From contig CM120644.1 of assembly GCA_051362555.1 (NCBI GenBank), positions 21,722,534-21,786,533 on the forward strand: a DNA stretch of 64,000 bases, given 5' to 3'. This document shows, one piece after another, positions 11,934-24,736 of the stretch. The notes under the pieces are model-generated. The model was not told the origin of the DNA, did not search any database, and saw only the letters and a program-made list of their open reading frames with translations. The position numbers and the translations under genes were made by a program. This DNA is from Lingula anatina (Eukaryota > Animalia > Brachiopoda). The first letter of the stretch is position 1; the number at the start of each line of letters is the position of its first letter.

Positions 11934-12881
11934 CAGAGCGGTTTAGATGATGACGTCATTCCCGAAGAATGGCTCGAGGAAATACAAAGACGAAAGAAAC
12001 TTGTGTCCGAGGCATGCCAGAAGTATAAAACGGAAAAAACGCCTTTGACAAAAGAATGGATTGAAGAAAACGGCAGCCATCTCATCGTAGAAGACCAGTA
12101 TAAAATCATATATTGCCGCGTACCGAAATCGGGGAACACAAACTGGAAGCGCTTATTACTAGCACTGTCTGGTTTCATAAACGATACTTCTGTAGCTCAT
12201 AGGAAAAACGGATTAAGCCCAAGTGGTGTGGTTAAAGAATATTTACATACTTTGGATACTCTGTCGCTTTCAAAAGCAAAACAAAAACTTCAGACCCACT
12301 TGAAAGTAATGTATTTGAGACATCCTTTTGAAAGATTACTTTCTGCATATCGTAATAAGTTGGAAAACAATCCTTTGACACATGATGTTGTCTCATCGCA
12401 AGTGGTGCCATACGTTATGAAGCACTATCGCGGTGTAGAACCCATTCTTCCCGTCAGTGTGAGCCAACGTCGTGGACGGATATCTGGTGTCTTTCCATCA
12501 GGAGAAAAGTTCAGTTTTTCAAAAGACGAACCGCCAAGTTGGATACCAAAGATAACATTTGAAGAATTCCTTCGTTACGTTGGTGACAACCCAAACTTTC
12601 TTAATGGTCATTGGGCGCCCCCTAACGATTTATGTCACCCATGCGTCATTCAATATGACGTCATAGGGTATTTTGGGACAATAAGCGAAGATGCAAACAA
12701 CATTTTGAAACTAGTGCATGCGTACCCAGCATTCAAATTTCCAAATATGTTCTTTAATCCAGAAACAACGTCTAATTTGGTGAATAGATATTATTCATCA
12801 GTTTCAAAATCGACGTTGCAGAAAATTCGTCCAATTTATGCACTTGATGCAGCAATGTCGGCTTCTAAGTTACGTATTTAG
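11934..12881 (+). CDS. Carbohydrate sulfotransferase (CHST11-like), copy 2, catalytic exon 3
   Basis: Acceptor ttatttctttcag|CAGAGC; open 948 nt; VPKSGNTNWK, RHPFERLLSAY, LCHPC motifs. Confidence 0.9.
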   Translation, partial: QSGLDDDVIPEEWLEEIQRRKKLVSEACQKYKTEKTPLTKEWIEENGSHLIVEDQYKIIYCRVPKSGNTNWKRLLLALSGFINDTSVAHRKNGLSPSGVVKEYLHTLDTLSLSKAKQKLQTHLKVMYLRHPFERLLSAYRNKLENNPLTHDVVSSQVVPYVMKHYRGVEPILPVSVSQRRGRISGVFPSGEKFSFSKDEPPSWIPKITFEEFLRYVGDNPNFLNGHWAPPNDLCHPCVIQYDVIGYFGTISEDANNILKLVHAYPAFKFPNMFFNPETTSNLVNRYYSSVSKSTLQKIRPIYALDAAMSASKLRI

Positions 12882-13937
12882 TTGAAGATGCGTTTGAAGT
12901 CGATCTTTTGCCACAAAAGCCAACCAAATGATTCCACATCCGAAAAGTGTAAATTACATGACTACCAAAATACATTGCTTAATGTTGCCCGAAAAGTAAT
13001 ATTTGAACGGATTTATCTACTTTCTTTCTGTGTTTTTTAGGTTGATCACCCCAGTAGTTAGATACGTTGGGAAGATAAGTAGGTCAATTTTACTATCAAA
13101 TACTTATAGAAAGTGCAGTTAAAAGCTTTTTTATCTGATCGTGTGATTCATTTGGCATGTCGACATTATCTGAGTTAACAACGATTTCAGATTCGGCTGT
13201 GCTCACGAGAATGTTGGGGCACGGTCTTTAGAAGAATAAAATGATAAAGAACAAAAAGTCTAGTTTGGTTTTCAGAATGTATACCTAAGAAATCATCAAT
13301 ATTTCAATTACAGAGTCTGGTCATGAAAGAGTCCTACACTGTTCGTACGGAGTCAAACTACAATCTGAGAGAGTGAGATAGTAGTGTCACTGTAAGAAAG
13401 ATTAAAGAATCTTCAAATACTAGCGTGCAATGCGTCTTAAACTGCTTCAATACTCTTTAATCATAACGTTATTCTTAGATTACAAAAATGAATAGTTTTT
13501 TGGCTTTGCTTTTAAATTATCAGATTGGTAAATATACCTGAGAAAAGTATACTTGAGAAAAGGTCATTACGACCGGTGTAGTTGGATTTTCCAAGCACAG
13601 CCTACCAACGACTCGAAATACAACAGTCCGTCTCGTAGACTTTAAATGACAAACAAAATGACTTCTGGAGAGCGTTGAAGCCACATCCGTAAATTAAGAA
13701 AACGCAATAATGAATTACGCACACAAAATAGGATTAAGTTATCATTGACAACAATTCATTAAACTTAAATTAATCACCCACAATATTTTCATAACTCTTA
13801 TAAAACCTTATGCATATTTTACACCTATACTAACGACTGCTATGTTGTTTTTGTTGTGTTTTTGTCTATTTGGAGGCTATAATATATAATGACTAACAGC
13901 AACTATAGTACAGGGCTCACGTCCCTGGGAGATCTAA

Positions 13938-14479
13938 AGCCTGGGTCACACTGCGCTTGCAACCTTTTGGCAACCTCTTTGCAACCTCAGTCGCAAGGAG
14001 GTTGCCATAGGTTTTAAGGTGGTGGCATAAGGTTGCTAACAGGTCGCCTGCGATCGTTGACACATGAAGGCCATTTTTTGTGCACCGACAACCAGTGCGA
14101 CTAAAGATGAAAATTATCGGTATCCTTAAGGTTGCCTATCGGTCTCTTCTTGGTTGTCAGTAGGTTGCCATAACCAGCAGCATACCATTTGCAACTGCAT
14201 GGTCGATTGACGGTCTTTAGTATCTTGGTCGCTAACTGGTTTTTTACCGATCGCAGGCGTTCGAAAATATGTCGCAGGAAGGTTGCAAGCGACTGCAAAA
14301 AAATAGGCGTGGGGTGGTGGGCTATTTGGGCAGACTTTTTTCAAAATTTGTTATGTAAGCCTTCTAAATATCAAGGTCATAAATTATAATATTTTAGAAA
14401 AAGAAAACATAAATTGCATTTGTTGGCAATATTTTATTGCCAAGGCTTTCATATACCAGGTATTTCACACTTACGAAAC

Positions 14480-14522
<43 letters not shown>

Positions 14523-15964
14523 TGATGATAAAAGCAATGTACGATTTTTTGACGTTTATTTATTTTATCATTTTACGAAAATCATAGGTAAAATGCCGAA
14601 AATTATATATCGCTGTATGTTATTTAAAATGTGCAAAGCCATATTTTCAGAGTAAATAATGAAACAAATACACGAATGCAGAGAAAACGGAAAATAAAAG
14701 CAATTTAATCAGCAAGGTATAACTGCTATTTAATATCATAATTTCAACAATCAAAATTATCCACAAATAAATGAACAAATCGTAAAATGTGTCCAATAGA
14801 CTTAAATAAAAATAGTTTCAACACAAACAATTTAACATCTTCCCAGTGCTTGGTATCCTCACTACAAGGATGAGAGTGTAAAAAGTACACGATGCGCATG
14901 ACTTGTCACGATTTAATTACGTTGTATTGTAAGTGGCAAACGCCTAGGGTTAAAAAGACAAAGGGAAAAACACACAATCGGTTGCAAATCAGTTGCAAAG
15001 CAGTCGGCGACCTGTTGGCAACCGGTTGGATACCACAAGTAGGTTTTTCGGTCGCCAGGAGGATATCGGTGCTGCACCGAAAACCGGCGCAACCGGATAT
15101 TAACCCAGCGTTCATTTGGAAACCACTTTGCGAGTTGTTGCAACCGGTCGCCGACCTTTTTGCAACCGGTGACAGTTGCAAGTCGCAAAGACGTTTTTTC
15201 TTCAGTGTGACCGTAACTGCACAGGCCTTGCGACCTCAAAGAGACCAAGTATTTGACCAAGAACATATTAAAGAGTATTATGAGATTAATAAGGATTAAA
15301 ACATATGCAAGTTTATGTTTTTATTAAAGCACTGGTTTCGTTAGGTGAGGGTGTAGTCTTTTCAAAAGTTCACAAAATATTGTTGGTTCTATTTTTAGGA
15401 AGGAAATGAAAACTTCCTGATTTTCAAGTCCAAGTTCTTTCATCAAATGTTTGTAATCGCCTTACAAGGGGCGTCTTATAAGCGTCCAATATTTTCGACT
15501 TTTTTTACTCGTTTTACTTCTTAGGTAAACAAAGTCAATGCTTATAGCAGTCCCGTCTTTTTGAAAAGGAGTCGTTTTACTAGAACATTTTTGTGAGAGG
15601 GGAATTTATGTAAGAGCAGCTACTGTCACAAGTTGGCAACATATATATTCTCTGCGACCTTGCCGCTACCAGTTGACAAGCGATTGCTACAGTCCTGCAA
15701 CCGGTTTTCGGTCACCAAGTGGTTGCAGACAGGTTGTGTATCGCTCGGCAAACAGTGTTCGACTAGTAACCTATAACTTGAAGATGGCCTATAAGAGGTT
15801 GCAGATACCATACTGCAACCTTGTTGCAACCGGTTTGCGACTGCTTGCCGATCAAAATTGGCCACAGCTTCTTAATAAGCTTGCAAAGTGATCGCAAGCG
15901 ACCGCCAGATTTTGTGGTTGCAAAAAGGTTGCAAAAAGGTCGCAAGCGCAGTGTGACCTGGCCT
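13938..15964. mobile_element. 2.0-kb non-autonomous PIF/Harbinger-type element
   Basis: TIRs AGCCTGGGTCACACTGCGCTTGC / GCAAGCGCAGTGTGACCTGGCCT, TAA on both flanks, many GGTTGCA/TGCAACC motifs. Paralogous flanks (about 32240, 54200) lack the insert. Confidence 0.85.
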
Positions 15965-16190
15965 TAAGATCTTAGTCTTACACAGAAAATGCCAATGTTG
16001 AAAATATATTAGCTTAAAGATGAATAGCTAATCAATTGGGCTGCATTCTAGTTGGAGTATTACAATGTTCCTAATATTATCATAACGATAGCTGTTCACA
16101 AAAAACTATTGCTGCTAAGTTTGATGCAATGTTACTGCACCAATAACAATTACATTTTACCTATGTGCCAAAGGTAACATGGACATTCAG

Positions 16191-16235
<45 letters not shown>

Positions 16236-16647
16236 AGCATACGGCTTCGGGGCCAGACATTGAAAATGGAGAGGAAAAAGGAGAACATGGTCTAATAAAG
16301 TTGCCTGACCTAAATTTCGGAGTCGCAAATCACGCAGTAAGATTGAGGATAATAAGTCACACAGTTTTCCACACATATTTGACATCTTTTTATCAGTGAC
16401 AAATGCACGGCGACGTGGACTGATATTGTATATATGTGCAGATGCACGGTGTCTGTAGATAACAATGGAAAAGATGTGATTGACTGGTGAAATGATAACA
16501 CCAAGTTTTCCTGCGATGGTTTCATATTTATCTTTGCATTTCAAGTATAACTAGAAAAACTAGAAAGTGGAAACCTCCACCAATAATTATTATCTACTAT
16601 TTAAATCATAAAGGGAAGTTATTTGACTGATAACTTAGTGGGATACC

Positions 16648-16794
16648 CATGACATACCCTTTACCGGGGCGACAGATTGATTTTTCACAGGATATTGACA
16701 GATATGTCTTTAGATAAATGGACGATTATTTGGTTCTACGGTTTTTAATTTTTTTCCCGTATAATATCTGCCACCCTGGTAGAGGGTACTCATG
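16648..16794. mobile_element. Old small MITE-like inverted repeat
   Basis: CATGACATACCCTTTACCGGGGCGACAGATT versus inverted AATCTGCCACCCTGGTAGAGGGTACTCATG. Confidence 0.4.
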
Positions 16795-17184
16795 ACAGGG
16801 GTGTAAACTGGTCACGCTGTGATTGATTGTGCTTATCCGGTTGCAAAGGCCGGAAGTATCGTTAGAGAATAAATTTCAAAATACCCACGTTTCATTCGTC
16901 GGGCTGAGTCATGATCAGGCATACTGTAGAGAGGTACGGAGCAAAAGAAGCATATGTCACATAAATTCGCCGTGCAAACGTACGAGTTCTTTAGATCACT
17001 GCGTTTTATCGATATTTATAAGTTTGGTTAGAATCCGGTTGACCACTAAATTCTAGCAGTAAGGTCTAAACGTACCGTACTTTACTGGGACGCTAATTGC
17101 AAGTGGGAGGAAATATAAAATAATTTGTTTAATGGTGAAGTTGTATTATCACACTAAAAAATTAATAAAATAGATGAAATGATT

Positions 17185-17320
17185 GACTATTCTCAAATTC
17201 GCTACAGTTTTTTATTCGTTCTTCGGTAGTGCCATAGAGTAAAGAGTTGCAGTAGTCTAAACGAGACGTGATCATCGCATGAACATTGATCCAGGTAGTT
17301 TCTAACAGCACCGACGTTTC
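17185..17320 (-). mobile_element. L2/CR1-type LINE fragment
   Basis: Minus-strand peptide VHAMITSRLDYCNSLLYG is the conserved post-RT motif of L2/CR1-group ORF2. Confidence 0.75.
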
Positions 17321-17782
17321 TAAATCTACTGGGGTAATGTTAAAATACATGATTGGGTGAAATTTGATATTAGTCTGATGATACTCAGATCTATTCTTGC
17401 TGGGACATATATACTTCTAAACCGTCTATGGATAAAATTACTGGCTGATATTCACGACTGGCTCATCATTAACTTTAAAAAAATGGAATATTCTAGTTTC
17501 TGAAATCGTTATAGTTCACGACATTCAACATGTTCGTTCTAGATTGTTGATTCATGGTATGAAAGTAGCACTCAGAGCCAAATGGTTTGCAGTGTCCTGA
17601 TGTCAAAATGAAATGCGGGTAATAAACTATATTATGCGTGTTTTACACCAGCATTTTTTTTCATTTTTTATCATGATTGTGTTGTTTCCCAGCTGTTTCC
17701 ATGTAAGATGAAAATAAATAGCAAGTGATTCAGTTCCAAGTATAAAAGCCATTGAAAATGCTAATGTGTGAAAAATGAAAAC

Positions 17783-17823
<41 letters not shown>

Positions 17824-18580
17824 GCGATAACTAGCGTAAATGTAAACCAATCATGCTCATTTTCGAAAAGAACCTGCCTCTTTACCAAACAAGCCACGCA
17901 GTAAATTTTGAATAAAACAAGACCCAGAATAATTACCGTAAATATGAACCGATCATGCCGATTTTTGAGAGCAATCTGCCTCCTTACCAACCAAAGCCAC
18001 TTGGAAAATTTATAGTAAAACAATAGTATGGTTTGGCAGTTATGGGACGATCGTCATGTGTAGGACAACGACGGCGACAGCGACGTCTCGGCCAGACAGA
18101 CCAATCAGAATATAGACAGACACTTACAATGTCTGTACATAAAAATTAAAATCAACCAATCCAGGAACAGCCCACTCCCCAGGTGCACGGAAAACCCAGA
18201 AAGTCCAAGCAGTCCATCCTGATTAAATAATTCTATAAATTTCCTCACTCTCAACCATGGTACATGTATAAAAGGAGGTAGCAGAAATTACAATGTAAAA
18301 GGAATTAAGAATCAGCCCCCCTCCAAAGACATTCCAAACTCCTGCTGCCCAAAAAAGTAAAGCAATTCATTAAATGTCTATCATTCATCTACAAAAAAAA
18401 AAAAAAAAAAAAAAAAAAAAGGACAGATATTTACCACAAACTCTCAAACACACTAATAAACGCATGCGCACACGTTCACCCGTCTGTTACGTAGCCAGTG
18501 CCATGTAGGGTGTTATAATTATATTTTTATCACCAGCATGCAGATGGTCGATATTTCGATCGGCATATCACCTTGCCAAG

Positions 18581-18957
18581 ATGAAGTGGAGTGTGTATCG
18601 TACGATGCTGGGATTTCTTTTCGTTTGTTTTTGCTTTTTTGTCACCGCATTATACACGTACGTGGGAGGTAAGACCTTATTTCGCTCTCTCTTTCTCATG
18701 TTCTCCTACATAAAATCAAAATATTGTCTGTAAGAATGAATTGAAGTTTTCAAGTGTACAGGTGGAAAGCATAATCATCACACGTCTGAAATATTCCATT
18801 TTAAACTTTAAGCTGCATTAAATGAATTCTAGAGCGTCTTAGGCGTGATACTACTCACCTTAAGGTTGAGGAAAAGGTAGACGAGCTCGAAGCGACTACG
18901 ATACCTATGCAAGATATAATGGCAATGATGGGAAATGGACAGAGTGAAAATGACCAG
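18581..18957 (+). CDS. Sulfotransferase copy 3, coding exons 1 (18581-18668) and 2 (18833-18957)
   Basis: MKWSVYRTMLGFLFVCFCFFVTALYTYVG, G|gtaag; ttctag|AG...GACCAG|gtaag. Phases match exon 3 at 30610 across an 11.6-kb intron. Confidence 0.85.
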
Positions 18958-20587
18958 GTAAGAAATCAGTGTATGCACCAAATATGGTTAGTTTTGTACA
19001 TTGTCACATAACAGATTAGAAATGTGAGAGATATTTTTTTTAAAGATCCGTATTAAGACTGGTAATGGTATGAAAGCAATCCCTCAAGTTTAACTGGAAA
19101 AATATCTATGTTAATATTGACAAACTAAATTGAAATAATAAAAAATAATAAAAAGTACACAGTGAAGCAACATATGCATGATTCATAAAACCTGATGTAC
19201 AAAAAAAAAAAAAACTGCTGTACAATATGCAAACTATAATTTACTACACGCAGTTCATTTTGACATCAGGACATTGCAAAACATTTGTCTCTGAATGCTA
19301 CTTTCATACTATGAATCATCAATCTAGAACGAACATGTTGAATGTCGTGAACTACAGCTATTTCTCCTAAGATCGAGATTATTCCATTTCTTCAAATAAA
19401 CCGTACTTCAATGAAAAAATTAAACCATGGATCCATTCGAAGCTCGCAGATTATGGAGGGTTAATTCCCACGCATCGCTTCACATAAAAATACGCTTTAT
19501 GTTGTTAAAATCGATGTTCACATTGTGACATAGGTTAGAGGAATTAATATAGATCATTTGTATTTTAAACATCAGTTGCTCAAAAACATCTAATTAAACC
19601 CATATATTTTGTTGCAAGCGTCATTACTTCATAAATTCAAGCTGCAGATTAAAAATACATCCCTACACATGCAAAATAATAATCAAACGCCATAACATTG
19701 CACACTTTCTGTGGATTTTAATGGGATTTTAATATGGCCCCTTTTGAATACGGATGGTGTTAAATACAAAAACGATCATAATTACCCATGTTACAATCAA
19801 TTCCGAATTTTCACACACCTTTCTTTTGTGTGCCTAGTATCCAGTTATTCATATCAATAGAGGGAGTGCTCCCCACGTGCACGATAACGGATAGGCAGCA
19901 GGACACTCTGGCTTATAGTGCCACCAATCTATGCTTTGGGATTCATAGCAGGGCTTTTGGTGGGTTGGATTATGAGTAGAATGTTGTTGTCGTTTATAAA
20001 ATCTCTTACCAAGCGATTTGGGGTAGCATTATCATGCTGCAAGCGAAAGTTGCCATAGAATATTGCACGTGCAAATAGAATCTAATGATTTTGTGAGATA
20101 TTTCTGTACGCCACAGCTTTAAAGTTTTCTTCCAGAAGAATCGATTGGCTGGCCCCAATGGAACAAAAACACCACAAACATGGACAGAACCGCCCCCTGC
20201 AGCCTTATTTCTTGCACATTTTGTAACATATGTCCTCCAGTGAGACGTCACCGGCAGACGGCACCGGTGTGAAAGGAATGCATGTCCCCGAGAAAAACAT
20301 GTCCTGTGGACGTGCGTTCCCTGGGATGTACTGTCCAACCCGGACCTAGATTCCCAGCTGTATTTATATGCAGTTAGGCCATGTATTCCTGTGGGACATA
20401 ATTTCCTTTCACACATACACAGAAATGCATGTCCTACATAATTAATGTCCGTGGCCGAATTTGGATAAGTTGGATAAGTGGACGCATAAGGGCATATGCT
20501 TTCTACTTTCACCTAAAAATACAAATAATTAAAATGGGAAATGCGGGATCCATATGAAAGGCAAAATTGCGCTCAGAAGAATGTTAA

Positions 20588-20589
<2 letters not shown>

Positions 20590-20657
<68 letters not shown>
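20590..20657. repeat. (TA)n microsatellite (others at about 457-485, 40460-40524, 47317-47382, 62085-62155)
   Basis: Directly visible pure TA runs. Confidence 0.95.
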
Positions 20658-20660
<3 letters not shown>

Positions 20661-21042
20661 AGCATATGTTATCTACTTTCACCTAAAAATACAAACAATT
20701 AAAATGGGAAATTCGGGATCCATATGAAAGGCAAATGTGCTCAGAAGAATGTTAAGACAAATAGTAAAAATACATGTATAAACAATAACAGACACATTCA
20801 ATTCATCTATCATATAATTATACACGCTTCATTTACGGTCTCAAAGTGCATATGATGTCTCTGTAACCACAAATATTCCCAGTGATCATCAAGACGCCAA
20901 GTATGAAATGATTAATTGTCACTCGAGCCATATATATACACCAGTTCCAGGACACCTCGAGCGTCACCAGGAAATGTCCAACACGTACTTGAAATTTCAC
21001 TATTGAAATTAAAATAGGAAATAAAATGAAAATCTATATGTA

Positions 21043-22213
21043 CAACATTGGTCAAAAAGGTTGTCCCACCCCCAGTTCCATGTACTTTTATTTATAAATG
21101 ATCACATCACAGGTGTTAATTGCTATGAATGGTGATTTACATTCCAGATACCATAACAAACATGATTAGTGGTACAGAAAATACAAACTAACGGGTAAGA
21201 TATCCATATTGAATACCATTTATTCACATTTATTTCATGTACCCCCTCAAATCCGATGTTCCACTGCTATTCCCACGGAGGTAAAGAAATGCCCATTTAA
21301 ATTGAAATGACACCACCAAATTTACAGACATTTACAGACATGTTGCAAAATGCTTTTTAGAGGGTTTGTGCAGGATAATATCGCCTGAGATGTCAGGTCA
21401 GTCCACATTTGGAGAGAATACCAAGCAAATGGTTTTAGTGCATTGTTCTTTCCAGAAAAGAACGGGACAATTCACTGAAACGTTCTCAACAAATGTATCA
21501 CGTCATTTGCAAGAGGTGACTCCAGGGATACTGCAGGCGTCATCGTGGAAATGCAATTGCTCCCAAATCTCGTCTGCTGAGTGATTTCTTGCAGAAACCA
21601 AATGTTCAGAGGATGGAGCAACGACCTTTGAGCCCGGTTATTAACCATACTAAACATCTGTGGCATGAATTGAAGTGTGCAATGCAAAGAAGAATTAAAC
21701 TCCTAATAATTTGGACCAATACCCCCCAAGCCCTTTAGGAAAAATGGGACAATATCCGATAAAACAGAATTGCTACCCTTGTTGAAGGCATGCCGCGCCA
21801 CCTACAGGAGGTAATTACACTACGCGGTAAACACAAACGCTATTAGACAAAGAGCCTTTAACGAGCACAGCTTAATGCTAAATGTGTGTAAATTTGGTGA
21901 CATTTGGTGGTGTCATTTCAATTTAATGGGCATTTCTTTACCTCTGTGAAAATCACTGTGAAACGACGGATTTGAGGGGGTACATGAAATAAATGTGAAT
22001 AAATGGTATTAAATATTGATTTCTTCACCGCTAGTTTGTATTTCCTGTTCCACTGATCATATGTTAGTTTGTATTTTTTTGTACTACTAATTACGTTAGT
22101 TATGGTATCGTGAATGAAAATCACTATTTGTAACAATCTTTACCTGTGATGTGATCATTTATAAATAAAAACACATAATACTGAAGGTGGGACAACCTTT
22201 TTGACCAATGTTG
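21043..22213. mobile_element. Tc1/mariner-derived non-autonomous element (internally deleted fold-back form)
   Basis: TA|CAACATTGGTCAAAAAGGTTGTCCCACC ... GGTGGGACAACCTTTTTGACCAATGTTG|TA. Decayed transposase C-terminus KHLWHELKCAMQRR...IATLVEGMPRHLQEVITLRGKHKRY* on + at about 21650-21846. Confidence 0.85.
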
Positions 22214-22447
22214 TATATTTACGATCAAAATTTATAGAAATCTAATATTAATTTGTAGTCATTTTTTTTGTTTATTAAAAGCGTGTATAGGAGGACATGT
22301 ATACAAATAATTATAAGAAGCGTAATAGCATTCTTAAACATCTTGTTTAAATCTTCTAAAATTAACACATCATCCATATTAAAATGTCAGAGGACATCTA
22401 TTACTAGTCTAGCTGGGAAAATATGTCCGACTAGGACATCGATACCT

Positions 22448-22923
22448 TGTTGTGAACCGTCTAAAATGACTTTAACTTTTATTTATAACTGTACTGAATT
22501 CCAGTGTATCAATTTCCATTAACGAATTAACTAATCTATGGGCTCCGACATGACTCCAGATTCGACTCAGTCTTTCACTTTACGTGCACAGAGAAGCATA
22601 ACAGAACAACCTCACATCTTCAGTCTCAGATCAAAAAGTGTCTTTATTATGGACAAGCTTCAAGTTATATACAGATTATCTACAGGGAATCTATGTGTAC
22701 ATGTGGCTGCTACTTATTTACATGCGTGTACATGTGGCTGCTACTTATTTACATACTAATTGTTGTGCAATATTAACAGGTGATATGCATCTGCCTAAGG
22801 AATAGGCCTACCTATGGGCCTCTACCGAAAATAATATTTATGTATGCAGGACAGATGCAAATTATATAATAATACGTTGATTAACTCTGAATACACAATG
22901 TGGAATTAGTGCAGGATTCCACA
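22448..22923 (-). repeat. 3' LTR of the Gypsy element
   Basis: TGTTGTGAACC...ATTCCACA; no differences seen from 29473-29948; contains a tandem duplicate GTGTACATGTGGCTGCTACTTATTTACAT. Confidence 0.95.
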
Positions 22924-22940
22924 CGCCTTCCCCTCTTTAT
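22924..22940 (-). other. Polypurine tract
   Basis: Minus strand ATAAAGAGGGGAAGGCG directly abuts the 3' LTR. Confidence 0.85.
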
Positions 22941-24736
22941 AAAAAATAATGGTACATTATTTTTAAAATTATATCAACGTGAACAATAAAAGTTCCCGGA
23001 ATATAAAAATCCTTTTCATTAAACTCAATTAAGCCATCTATACAGTTATGCCAAATTTTAATTTTGGATGCTTGATCCGTATGTATAAATGTATCCTTTG
23101 AACAAATTTACATTTTTTTTTCAGAGTTAAAATTTTATCATATTCCTATCACATACCGTTACTACAACAACAATGATGATTATTATGATATTAACTCCTA
23201 ATTTTATCTAATTTCATACTTCTATAATTAACATAGGAGATTCTATCTTTAAGAGATATTTTATCAAATATATACCTGTATATATATTTATATCCAATTA
23301 CAATAATAGCCAAAGCAATAATTGTTTTTAAGCATTTTTCCAAATAACACGTCATTTATACAATGCTCTGTTTAGACAAATCATTAAATTCTGCTTTAAA
23401 CACATCATTATTCGATAGTTCAGTTATAACATATCTTTATACAAAACTCTGGAATGATCTGTAGATCTTCAACAGATTTTGTTTTTCATTCTGTTCGGGT
23501 GTCCAGTTCACCCAACCTCTACCAGCCAAACCTGGCAGAGTAGCCGGATTAGTCGCCGAACTACTCGACTCTTCTCTCTATTCAGACTTTTCACCGATTC
23601 CAAACGTTCATTTCCCGGTCCGTTTCAGGGTCGTTGGGGTGTGGATGTGGAAGTCTTTTTTTTTTTTCAGGGTCGGCACGTAACGTAGAGCCTGACGCTA
23701 ATCCAGGGTCGCAGTGTCGCAGACCTTGACGCTGAAAGAGACCCTTGCCACCAAAACCCATGCAAAAGATTGCAATAAGGAATTGCCGACACCCAATCCG
23801 AAACCATAAAACAGATCCCGACAAAAAACTGATATCTATTAAACATAAATTGTGGTTAATCTAACCCTTACATAAGTATCTATAGATAGCCAGGCTTCTC
23901 ATCTAAAGGAAAAAAAAATAGAATCATTAATATAACACAACATTACAAAATAGGATTCCCCACATATTTCATCATTTTTTTTTTTTTAATCAACTCGGGG
24001 CTGTGGTTCTCCGGAGTGAGGCTCGTCTCACCTAAAGGAAAAAATTAAAGGCTTTAATAAAAATAAAACATTAAAAAAATCAATATCCAGCACTGCCGGA
24101 CCTACAATTATCGTTCTGACCCGCACTTGCTAGGCCAAGTAAAATAAATTTCTTCAAAATTTGTAGGTCTTACGTGTCCTTTATAGTACACTCATACATT
24201 TATAAAACATTAAAATATAATCCCATGGACGCTCTTCACATCTTGTTTTGAAGTTCCCTTCACTTCTCGACTTTTCCTTCTGGAAAATACAAAGAAAAAT
24301 ACATGTTCATATATATTTCGAATCATCGACGCATTCGATTTATTTTCTTTCTTTATCAAGATACCTAACTGCCCGATAACTTTACTAATAACGCTTATTT
24401 CTGGTACAGTCTGTGTATTACTCAATCCTATCAAAGTTTATACCCATCATCGAAAATAACCTTATCACATTGAAAATAACCTTATCCCTTAATTAATCCC
24501 ACAGATACTCTGGGTTTCAATTTATCAAATTAGACGACTCTCACCTAAGCATGAAGGATGGGCCCTATCCCTCATACTAACCCGTCCCATCACCACTAGT
24601 AGTGAGGGCACAGGCTGGCTTGAATAATCCAATTACCATAATGAATATTTTCCCATCATACTCTGTGCCACCGCTATATCTTCCCTCTTATTCCTAAGCT
24701 TCTCTTCTATCTTTACATGGAATCCTTTAAAAATCT

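Noticed and set aside
17374-17410. CTGATGA as a hammerhead ribozyme core
   Set aside because: No properly placed GAAA or flanking stems.
22538-22759. 73-aa ORF duplicated at 29563-29784
   Set aside because: Lies within the two identical LTRs, antisense to the element, with no recognisable motif.
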